The notes under the pieces: generated by a model
The model's database searches: none
The model's input: only the letters and a program-made list of their open reading frames with translations
What the model was told of the DNA's origin: nothing
Origin: Callorhinchus milii
Lineage: Eukaryota
Reading direction: 5' to 3'
DNA length: 64,000 bases
NCBI RefSeq assembly: GCF_018977255.1
Contig: NW_024704743.1
Coordinates: forward strand, 52,144,001-52,208,000
Made by a program: the position numbers and the translations under genes
Shown here: piece by piece, positions 24,781 through 35,700 of the stretch
Numbering within the stretch: position 1 is the first letter of the stretch
Layout of the letters: each line of letters opens with the position of its first letter

Positions 24781-25997
24781 TCTATTGTAAAATTGACCGA
24801 ATGTTGTTTCACATGTAAAATATTAATCTACCAATCATGTTTGCTTTTGATTTAATTAGATTAAGTTGTTAAAACCGTTGTGTACAGTCAATAGCAAGTT
24901 TATATATGTGTGTACGTAACTATGATTTATGTGTGTATGTGGCTGTGTGTATGAATGTGTATACACTTTGGTATGCACAGAACATGTGGCTTTTTTTTCT
25001 CCATTGCTGCTACAGTATATATTTATAATTTGCCACTTGTGATATTAACTATATAATTAGAACTAGTTTGATGAATAGTTATATCAAGAACGTATTAGAG
25101 AAAAATATTAGTTTCAGAATCCAATTGTGTGTCTTGACAGCTTTCTTTCTTGTGTTTTTATTTTACACTGATGTATTCTATGTGGTTAGGAGAATATGCA
25201 CCATGATTAGGACAGAATTTCATGCATTAACAATTATTACAATGAATGATTCTCCCAAATAATAGCTTTTATCATGAATTCACCAGTGAACTTTTATTTG
25301 CTTATTTCCTTTGAAAAGAATCATTCTCACAAATACCATTACTAGGAGTGCTGCACAGGCACATGAGAGTACTTTTACAGTGAATATGAACTAGAATTCT
25401 AGAAACTGATGTAGATTATGAAACTTTGAGGGAAAATTTTTTGGTGTACTGCATATTTTCTCCATTGTACCTGGTTAGTTTGTGCTACAGAGGGGTTAAT
25501 ACATAATAGCAATACTAAAGTTTAACACGTGCAATGAGTAGAAAAATTGTGCATTTTAACAACACAGTATTCATGTGAATTACTTTCTCCTAATCTATGT
25601 TAAATGATGTGTGCTGAGCAAATCTTTAACTGTCCAGTGCCTCAGGATATCCTTCTGATGTGAAAGGCACTATATAAATGTAACTTGTTGTGGTTGTTGT
25701 GCATTACTTCATACAATCATGTATAATGTAACATTACAGCATGAGTTCTGATCTATTGGATTTGTTTTTGTTGTTTTCACATCTTTATTTTAATGAATAC
25801 ATTTGTGACTCCAAAACAATAGGCATAAATATAAGATAGCTAATACGAGTTCTAATACGGAGTTTAAGACAAATTTCTTGACACATATGGTGGCGAGAAA
25901 GTGGAATTCACTACTGCAAGCTGTTGTTAAAATAAAAAGCTTGAAGACATGATAAGGCCTATATCAAATGCAAAGATTATTATTATGATCTTATATA

Positions 25998-26220
25998 ATA
26001 ATAATCCTTGCATTTCATATAGCGACTTAACACTATCACATTTTTGAGACGTCTCAAAGTGCTTCACAGGATATACTGAAAAGTGAATTGACTATAAATT
26101 TTGTGGGCAAAACGTGGCATCCAATTACACACAGTATAATACAAAATTACATTTGGGTAGCACATTTTGCGCAGGTCCTCTCGCTTGTGAAGTGAGTGCT
26201 CTAACCACTAAGCTAGCACT
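25998..26220 (-). mobile_element. Degenerate SINE
   Basis: Tail aataatccttgcattt...gagacgtctcaaagtgcttcacag and head remnant ctcgcttgtgaagtgagtgctctaaccact. Confidence 0.75.
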
Positions 26221-27339
26221 CATATTTAAGATAGATTATCTGTGTACTGAGATAAATGGAGATTTTATGTCTTGTGAATTGTGTTGTTCCACTATTTGCT
26301 GTACAGCTAAATTGTTTCCATATCTCAAATTATGGATTGTTTCTCTGTTTAGGCTGATACATTTCCTCTATGATTACTTGTAGTGCTGGACTGAACTCTG
26401 TGCAACTAGGCTGCTGCTGTATTCTCATGCAACTGATCAGCCTGTGTATCTATTTTAGAATTCTGTTAGAAACAGTGGACTTTTCTTGAGTCTGAATTTC
26501 TAGACTCTTTCAATCTAGATTTATTAATGAGCCATGTGAATATTTGGAGCAATCTAATCCTATTTTCCTATTCTTTCCCATAAACTCTTTTATGTCTTGA
26601 TTCTTGAAATGTTTATCTTATTCCCTTTGAAATAGACACATCTGGCAACTCTCCGGATCCCACATATATATCCATGTATTACTTGGGGATTACATTGGTG
26701 CCTGGGCTGCTGAGTTGCCTGTAAAACAAAACTTTGTGGACTACCTTGCTACATAGGTATAACTAGCACCTTTGTATCACCAATTGGATTGTCAACATGT
26801 AAACTGTTTGTCTGTTCCAGATGGGGAATTGTTTGCATGCTGGTGGATTTCTTGTTTGGACCACTGCAATGCCTGCATATATAAACTGCAATATTGACTG
26901 TGCCTCTTAGACTGTTGAGTTTTTTATTGGGAGCCTAGCATTGTTAATGTGTTCTATGTACCTCATTGATCTGGGGCTAAGCGTTATCACCTTTCACTTG
27001 CCAAATTTTGTGAATGTCTTCCTTAGTTCTTATAAACAACTCTAATGTGATTTTAAAATATTAATGATGTGAAATTAAAAGTGTAAAATTAAATGATTAT
27101 TTTAAAATCATATTGAGGTCATTTAAAAACACACATGGACAGAATTGAAAACAAAGGAGAATAGTGCTTAGTCACATCAACTAACTCACTACATGGAGTG
27201 GTACATAGTAGAGCCAGAAATGAGAGAACCACCAAGTTTGAAGCTAAAATAAAGCTTCAATGGTCTAGCGGATAAATGCACCATCAACAAGAAGTTGCAT
27301 TTATATAGCATCTTTCTCATAGGGAGGACATCCCATCAG

Positions 27340-27560
27340 GTAATATTAGGCCATACAAGATGCATGTTCAATTCCTGGTTTGTGCTGTTAACCCAATCTA
27401 GGCCAGTTAGGGTACTGCAATTGGCCCAAAGCATCTGGTGGAAGGTGTGTGAGTGAAGATGTTGAGTGAGAACATGATTGAGCTTGGCTGTGATGCCGCT
27501 TGCAGGTGAAAAGATGGCTAACACTCACTGCCAAGGCTGAATAATGACCATTTGGGTCAG
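27340..27560 (+). mobile_element. Ancient SINE-like relic (family uncertain)
   Basis: gttcaattcctgg (B-box-like) followed by ...caattggcc...gagcttggctgtgatgcc...acactcactg...gaccatttggg, resembling an old chondrichthyan interspersed repeat from memory. Confidence 0.4.
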
Positions 27561-27946
27561 CTAATACCTCTAAAATAGTAATAGAAAAATTAGTTAAAAT
27601 TCTTTAAGGAAACATTGGATTAAGCAGTTGGTATTACATACGCCTTGGGTTTGAACTGTAGAACATCAAGATGGCTGGCATGTCACCAGCTGTCTTGTAA
27701 AGGTCCCCCACCAAGCTGAAGGCAGATGTTTGTCGAGGAATCTCTGCAGTTAAGGAGGACATCTTCTGGAAGGTGTTATCTGGAGTGTGGTTCCCGAACA
27801 CACGTTCAGGACTTCGTATCCACCTTGAATGGCATGCAGATTGGTAAACAGCTCCATCTCAAGATCTGCACCTTGAACTGATGAAACCATCACTGAATGG
27901 GGAAGGGGATGAGTGTCTGGGCTGTGAGCAGGAGATGGTGGAAATG

Positions 27947-28725
27947 TTCTCATGCATTTCATGCTGAGCTGAACTGTGCTGCTTACCAGGAAGCTCAAAG
28001 GGAGCTCTTGGTAGCTGCCATCTTGGTTCCACCAGTTCAAGGTGAAGATCTAGTGAGGGCTCAAGCCTGCACTTGTTGGATGCTAAATAACGCAGCTAGT
28101 GATGGAGGAGCGGACGTTAAGCAGAGATGTTTTGGAGCTAAGCTGGCTCAAAAGTGACATGGTTGTAATGCAATGTCAGAATTGAGTCAATTCTTCTCTG
28201 GGTGTCTTGATAGTCCAGTTCTGCAGTGTTCCAAAGCATTGCTTTAGATTTGTCACTGCATTTTTTAATCAAAAATCACAGAGCAGTCATGTGAAATTTA
28301 GCAAAAGTCACAAATTTAGGGAAAAATATAGTGTAAAGTCATGCATAAATGGCGGAAACCAGGGGAGAGCGATGACTGACAGGAGAATAGGTCAAATAGG
28401 GAGACAAAACGCTTTCCACACTGATCGAGAGTAGGGCAGGTCGGGGGCAGTACTGTCTCTGGCATGATTGACAGCTTCGGGAGTGAGAAAAACAAACAAC
28501 ATCCTCTGATGAAATGTGTGCTAGAGGAGATCACACCCCCAGGCTATTGTCTAGGGTGGGAACCATCGCTTAGCTCCCCCTCCCCCAGTCACTAGTTGGG
28601 TTATTTAGCATCCAACAAGTGCAGGCTTCTGAGGGCTTGAGCCCTCACTAGGTAGATGGCAGGTACCAATAATTCCGTTCGAGCTTCCTGGTAAGCAGCA
28701 CAGTTCAGCATGAAATGCATGAGAA
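27947..28725. repeat. Long imperfect inverted repeat: arms 27947-28102 and 28589-28725 (MITE/foldback candidate)
   Basis: Shared blocks ttctcatgcatttcatgctga, gctgaactgtgctgcttaccaggaagctc, ctagtgagggctcaagcc and agcctgcacttgttggatgctaaataac occur reverse-complemented in the right arm. Confidence 0.88.
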
Positions 28726-28750
28726 ATGCATATTGGTCATCTCTGATTTC

Positions 28751-29131
28751 TGGAGTCCTGTAGCTCATGGTTAGAGCACTTGCCTCACAAGCAAGAGACC
28801 TGGGTTTGATTTCCTGAGGGGGAAATGTTGGGCAAGTTTCCTTACTCCACACTCTTCTGTTTATCTAGCAGTAAATAGAAATCAGGTTGGTAGTCGATTG
28901 GTGGATTGCTTTTCCGAGGATAATAATCCTTCAAAAAAAACGAATAATAATTTGGTCACTCAATCCACGACTGTTTGTGAGACACTGCTGTGCACAACTG
29001 GCTGCCACGTTTCACCCACAATATACAGTCAATTCATTTTACAGTAAATTCTGTGAAGCGCTTTGAGATGTCTGGAAGTGTGAAAAGCGCTATATCAAAT
29101 GGAAGGATTATTATTGTTATTATTCTTATTA
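28751..29131 (+). mobile_element. Full-length tRNA-derived SINE, long form
   Basis: Same head and tail as 1111 plus an internal ~65-70 nt segment (ctgtttatctagcagtaaatag...tagtcgattggtggattgcttttccg). Confidence 0.9.
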
Positions 29132-29284
29132 TCTTCACCTGTCAATCATCGTTCTCCCCAACTTCCATTTTTCAATACGCTTTATTAAAATCATGGACAC
29201 AAAGAAATGTCACGGACAAACATAAAAATCACCATATCCGTGTCATATTGATCACTGTGACAAACCTGCTGCCCTCTTAATTTC

Positions 29285-29660
29285 AGACCAAGCAACCTGG
29301 CTTGTCGACAAGGGGGCAGAGCAGGGAGTAGGGATTCTTCCCAGTTGGTTCCTATTAACCCTGCAAACCAAAGCTCTACCTGGCAGCGTGGTCCTAGCTG
29401 GACAAGCATCAGGAAACTTGCCAGACATTGCTTTCAATGGCAAGCTATGCAATATTGGCTGGTTAAACTCCAGGATTACCCCAAAACATACTCTGTGATC
29501 CCCAAGGCCTGGTTCTTGCTAACCTGTGCCTAGGGAGAGGTGCATATTCCATTCCAGACACAGATGTATGTAGATGGCATAGGAATGTTGAAGTCTTGTC
29601 TGGTGTGGATACTCTGAGCAGATGATGGATTTCCGTATTTGTCAGATACCCAACTAATCC
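29285..29660 (+). repeat. Unclassified dispersed repeat, copy 1 (copy 2 at 53612-54030)
   Basis: Colinear shared blocks ttaaccctgcaa.ccaaagc, gtggtcctagc, tgccagaca, tcaatggcaagcta, tcttgctaacctg, attccattcca, tggatactct. Confidence 0.75.
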
Positions 29661-29719
29661 AAATAAAATGGTCAGATTTGGTGGGTGGTCTGTTTATTTA
29701 AAATGACTGTGAATCATGT

Positions 29720-30225
29720 ACATTTCAGGACAGAATGGGGGCATTCAGTCCGTTGTGCCTGTCTTGTGATAGCTCCCACTGGAGCAATCTAAACTAATCC
29801 CATTTTCCTATTATTTCCCACAAAGCCTTTTATGCCTTGATGCTTCAAAAGTTTATATATTCCCTTTGAAATAGACACTTATGGTAACTCTCTACATCCT
29901 AAACCTTTGTGTGTAAAAAAAACCCTCCTGATTTATGCATTAAATATTAATATTGAGTTTCTTCCGCTTTTTGGTCAATTCACCAACTAAAGAAAATTAT
30001 TTTTTACGATTTACCCTCTGAATCATTTCCATAATTTTGAACAATTCTATTAAATCCCTCTTAACTTTCTTTGCTTCACTGAATACTGCCCCAGTCTTTT
30101 AGATCTTTTATCATGACTCTTCTCTGATCTTCGCAGCCTTAGTATTGTCCCAATGGTTCTACTCTGCATTCTCTCCATGGCTCTGATATTCTTCCTACAC
30201 AATCCTCCAACTGTGGACTAACCTT
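29720..30225 (-). mobile_element. Degenerate CR1 3' fragment
   Basis: ggcattcagtcc...ataattttgaacaattctattaaatccctcttaactttctttgc...ctctgcattctctccatggctctgatattcttcct is a reverse CR1 ORF2 end/3'UTR. Confidence 0.7.
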
Positions 30226-30789
30226 AATGTATTAATCACTCACAGTCCACACTAACAATGATGGGGGGAGCATTTGATTGTCAGAGGAGCCATCCATTAT
30301 ATGAGACATTCAACTGAGGTCCCATCTGCCTGCTCAGGTGGACATTCAAAACCTATGGCATTATTCAAAAAGAGAGAAGAGTTTCTTCTGATACTCTGCA
30401 AAATATTCACCTCCTGGTTGTCTGAGACGCTTCCTTGGGTGAGCAGCATTATACAAATTCAAGTTGTTGTCTGTAGGACATTGTTTGTCTATATTAGTTC
30501 AATACGGATATACAATCACTATATTTAACAGCAATTACTGTAAAGTTACTGTAAAGCCCTCTGAAACATTTCAACATTATGAGCACTATATCAAACACAA
30601 GGATTATTATTTGTTTTTTTACTATTTACTGGTTCTTGAGACTGACTTTCAAAGTGACAGTAGATCCAGGCATCTGAAATGCCTATCTGTGACCTGGATT
30701 ATCTTTAATTTTGTTTTCTTACTTACCAGAATATCTTGTTTAGCTTTGTGTCTTAGTTAAATGTTTTATATGTTTGGAATAACGAAGTT

Positions 30790-31100
30790 TGTGTGTGTGC
30801 GTCTGGGATCAATGGATCAGACCACCTCTGAGGTGGTAGGTTGTAGGTGTGTCTGAGATTGTGGTTTGGTTGTGTTTGAGATAATGGTTTGGTTGTGTCT
30901 GAGATGATGGTTGTCTATGTGCCTGCAATTGTGGTTTGGTTGTATCTCAGATGGTCGGTTGTAGGTGTGTCTGAGATTGTGGTTCGATTGTGTCTGAGAT
31001 GGTGGTTTGTAGGTGTGTCTGAGATGATTGTTTGATTGTATTTGAGATGGTGGGTTGTGAGTATGCCTGAGATGGTGGGTTGTCTGTGTGTCTGGGATAC
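30790..31100. repeat. Minisatellite of ~21-23 bp units anchored on gtgtctgagat
   Basis: About a dozen recurrences of (g)tg(t/c)(c/t)tgagat with alternating spacers. Confidence 0.9.
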
Positions 31101-31212
31101 TCGTACTGAGTACGAGTCTGACCTTAATTGACTTAAAAATTATATACTCTTGAATTTCCAGTGAATCTTTACCATTGGATTTCCTTTGCATGTCTAGTTC
31201 AAGAAATAGGAG

Positions 31213-31684
31213 CATGTTGAATTGTCATTCCATCTCCCGCCATGAACATATATAATGTCTGGGCTCCTATCAAAATTACACCTACTCCTACTCCTGCTCC
31301 TATTTCTTATGTTCTTATGTTTGACTGACTGACTCTGGGGATTGGTACAGTCCCCATGAGTCAGGGTTACCAGATAACCTATGTCTGGATGTGAACTATA
31401 CCTCAGCTGATTTAAGCCCACCTCTCCATGATTCACCGAAAATCTCTTCCACACTATACCCTAACAGAACAGTCTGTAACAGTACAGAGCAATTGTATTT
31501 CACCCACAAAATACACAGTCGGTCCACTTTACAGTAAATCCTGTGAAGCTCTTTGAAATGTCTCAATGACGTGATAAGGTGCTACATCAAATGCAAGGAT
31601 TATTATTATTGTTATTATGTTTAATTTTGAGTGGAGCCCAGACATTATATATGTTCATGGTGGATGAAATGACAATTCAACATG
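31213..31684. repeat. Inverted repeat: arms 31213-31278 and 31622-31684
   Basis: catgttgaattgtcatt...ccatgaacatatataatgtctgggctcc..tcaaaatta is the reverse complement of taattttga..ggagcccagacattatatatgttcatgg...aatgacaattcaacatg. Confidence 0.9.
31490..31618 (+). mobile_element. SINE 3' fragment inside the inverted repeat
   Basis: tttcacccacaaaatacacagtc...gtctcaatgacgtgataaggtgctacatcaaatgcaaggattattatt. Confidence 0.8.
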
Positions 31685-32337
31685 TGTATAACAGATAATT
31701 CCCATATAAACTATTCTGGCAAATTGTATGCCTATAATTTATTTTATAGCAAATGCAGCAGAATGAGACTACTTAACCTTGATCTTATAGCAGTAATATT
31801 AAATGGGTATTTTATAAAGTACACTGATATAAATCTAGTCAAAGATAAGATGAAGAATGCATATATTATGTAAGTGACTTCTCATACTATTTACACCGAT
31901 AAACAGCCTCACCAAGAGACAATTGTGTTAAGTATTAATCAGACTGAAAGACCCGTGAGAAGTTTATATGGGCTTAAAGATATCTAACTTGAATAATTAA
32001 ACGCATTGAGACATGGTTCAACTGAAAATTTCATTTTTATGCCACATTATAAATAAGTAACAGGTGGAATAATAAATAATAATGACAATTTGCATTCGAC
32101 TTTTAGTGGGTAATCCAAGTGTCTCCATGAATCAGAAGCATATTTCTGGAAATGAACTACATCTCTGGGGCATTTAACAGAACATACTGCAAAACCAGCA
32201 GTGCCTTTTGTCTGGTAACAACACTGTACAGTCAAGTAAACATGCTTATCTTTCTAGATCTCACCCAAGCAAGGGAAAACAGTGTTCCCGTGCAAGGTAC
32301 CCAACTCCTTTATACAGGTAATTCACTTTACAGTACT

Positions 32338-32505
32338 TACTGTTTGTGGGACACTGCTGTGCCAATTGACTGCTGCGTTTCACTCCCAAAAATATACAGT
32401 CAATTCACTTTACAGTATATCCTGTGAAGCCCTTTGAGACGTCTCAAAGATGTGATAAGGCGCTATATCAAATGTAAGGATTAATATTAGCAGTAGTAGT
32501 AGTAA
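32338..32505 (+). mobile_element. SINE 3' half
   Basis: tgtttgtgggacactgctgtg...gagacgtctcaaagatgtgataaggcgctatatcaaatg. Confidence 0.85.
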
Positions 32506-32594
32506 TATATACTTGTTCACTGTGGTATAGATTCTGGGTGTGTATGTACTGTGTATTTAATTGAGATGAAAGAGCACGAGTTAACCTATAGAAC

Positions 32595-32785
32595 ATAATA
32601 ATAATAATCCTTGCATTTGATATAGCGCTTTATCACTTCTTCAAGACGTCTCAAATCACTTCACATGATATACTGTAAAGCGAATTGACTATGTATTCTG
32701 TGGGTGAAACTCGGCAGCCATTTGCATACAGCAATGTCCCACAAACACTCATGGATTGAGTGACCAAATTATTTTTATTTTTAAA
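32595..32785 (-). mobile_element. SINE 3' half (tail-to-tail with the previous copy)
   Basis: aataataatccttgcatttgatatagcgc...cagcaatgtcccacaaac...ttgagtgaccaaatt. Confidence 0.85.
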
Positions 32786-35700
32786 AAATCATGCATTCAA
32801 AAATTCTGATTTTTAGTCCATAAATGGAAGCAAAGATCACTCTGCTTTCAGTTTTGTGCACATAATTACTTTAGATATGAGTTTGCATGCTAATTACATT
32901 GCATACTTTGACTTAAAGTAACAGTTGCTTTCATGATCATAACCTGGTTTGAACTTTAAAGGCCGGAGTTCGTACAGTATGTGATGAATCAAGATGTGCT
33001 TGTTATAAAGCACTTTCTTCAGCAACTGGCATTTTGCATTCCTTTATGAAAACCAAATGTTTTGCCTAGACATACACCACCCCCGCCCCCCACCCCCCCC
33101 CCCCCCCCCCCCCCCCCCACCCACACACACACACTTACAGTGTTTATGGCAGTCGATTCTCTGCAGATATGTATCTTTTCGGGATGCAATAATTCACTTG
33201 GTTCTCAATTGACAAAATAATGTGTTTATATCGGCACAAGGCCCATCAGATAATTTGATGTGAATGAAAAGCGGCTTTGCAGAGTGTATACAAAACAGTG
33301 TAGGAGAGCTGCTGTACACAGCACGGACTTGCCCTTTTCCAGCTCCACATTACACATTGTCAATACATAGACAGTGTTAGGCACACAGCACAGCACAGGA
33401 CTGGGTGAAGGTGGCATTTGTATTTTCTGCAAGGAACATAAATCGCTCACGTTTTGAAGTACAGTATTTTGGTGGAGATCTTGTTGTTTGTGTGACGGGG
33501 TAAGGTTCAAAAGGTAAGGTATTCAATTTCTTGTCACATTACATCTGCAGCCCAGCTATTGTGTTGATGAAGTTTGCATATTTGTAAGATTATTCCTTTT
33601 TAAAAACAAAAAAAAGCTTTAAGATGAAAACACTGCCACCACACCGGTAAAAATAGCTTATAATTGTGATAGTATTTTACAGATTTAGCCGTTAGTGTAC
33701 TTCCGAAAACTAAATTAATTAATTTGAGCTCCAATACTTTGATCCATAAAACACGGCAGCCTCCTCTAAAAGCATATGAGCTTGGTAATTTGACACCTAA
33801 TCTATTGGTATTATAAGCTCCTTATTACATATTTAAATAGAACTCTAGTTCTTCTGATCTTGACTCGTTTTACTGAATTTCAAGAATTGTTAGCAGGATA
33901 AAAGGAGTCACCACCGGGCTTCAAACGGAACCAAATGCAAATGTACCTCTCACAGCATTAGCAACGTGGCTCTGAGGGCCACAGGAAAGCCAGCATAATA
34001 GCCTTTGTTTTGACCATTTTGTCAAACAATACATCTCAATTTTTGTATATTAACCCTGGGATACAGCCACCAAGAGACCACACTTGACCATCCAGTTATG
34101 AGATCTGTCACTTCCATCGCTATTCTAACCAAGACGCGTGTCACATGAGCAAAGGAAACAAGGAGCAGGAGGAGGCCATTCAGCCCCTGTGTGGGGTTGG
34201 ATGACAGGGTATAATGCTAATTCTCCATTCAAGCACAGTGCAGGGATGGCAAATGACTAACAGCAAAGTGCATTTCCAAGTTAACTCATTTCATTCTAGA
34301 GGTTAAGGGGGGCCAGTCCCAATAATCATATCTGATTCATCAGATAGATTTCCACAGCTCTTCTTCACATCACACGGTTTTCTTTCATACAGGAAAGAGG
34401 CAAACTTTTCAAATCGCCTGTTTATAAATGTGAGCTCGTCCGCAGCACCCGCTATTTGGAATAGGACAGTCAGGGCAGTAAGGAATAAATACCATGTCCC
34501 TTGGATCGGAAACTTGCTGGACACTGCACACAGCCACTGGTACTAGTTCAAGCTTCCCAAACTGCTGTGAATAGCAGTTCTCGGGAGTGGGGACTTTGAA
34601 ATACACTAAGTTTTAATCACAATGTTTTCCCTACATTTATGAGGCTGTGCAGAAATGTGAAGCATACCCTCCCCCTCCACCATTATCATTAGATCCATGT
34701 TAAGTCTAGCACTGTACCGAGTCACAAAGCAATGGAGAGGTTTTTTTAAAAAAAAATCTGCCAAATTCGACCTGTTACTCAATGTAGACCCTTCAGATTC
34801 AGCAACCTGCCTGGACCTCTAGACGCTGGCAAAGTACAAAGCAAATGAACAAAACACTGCACCACTAATGGGAACTTTTGCATTAATAGAAAACATTCCT
34901 CATACGTTCTAGTGGTTCCCAAAACAAAGTGGTGAAGGGGTATTTCTGTGCACACCATTGGTGGCAAAAGTGATGACATTTCAAAGAGCTAATCAGCCAT
35001 CAGGATCTGAGAGCCCTACACCCTATCGAGACTGGTGGAATTTTTCAGGAGGTGACAGTAATACAGGGATGATGTGGTTCTAACAGACTGGGGTAGGGTC
35101 AGGATGCAGTCACCTCTCTTGGTCCTTGCTGTGATAACTCTCTTGCTACTAGATGGCTCTCCGCCAATGATGACCTCGAGATACAGGCAAGTGCTCCCCA
35201 AGACTCCCTGCAAAGGTCAATGCAGATAACCACAGCGCTCACTGTTGCAGGCTTTCCCAAATACTTTCTTATCTCAGTCTGAAAGGTCCTGTTTAGAATC
35301 TCATACGTTTTCAGAACCAAGTTCCACAGAAATATTTACAAGCGCAGTAGTGCACATGGCAGAAGACAATAAACATGGGCAATTACCTAATGGCAATGGA
35401 GGAGGTGAACGCTTTAAATCCTACTTGGAAAGATCCTGGATTCTTTTAGAGAAGTGCTCGAAGCTATGAATTTGCTACTATCTTATCTCGAGGCGTTGAT
35501 AGCACCTAATGCATCCGGATGTAGCAAACTGACTGAGAGTTATTGATTAGAAAAAAAGTGCAGTCCATTTGTCAATAGACTGAACTCTATGGGATTCAAT
35601 CAAACTCAATCGTATTCCATGGGATTTGGTCTAAATGTTGGCCATACGGATTGCTATAATAATACTACAGATTTATTTTAGACAATGGCTAAATTTAGAG

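Noticed and set aside
30817..31215. 132-aa His-rich repeat ORF; CRISPR-like appearance
   Set aside because: Translation of a minisatellite; no unique spacers, eukaryotic context.
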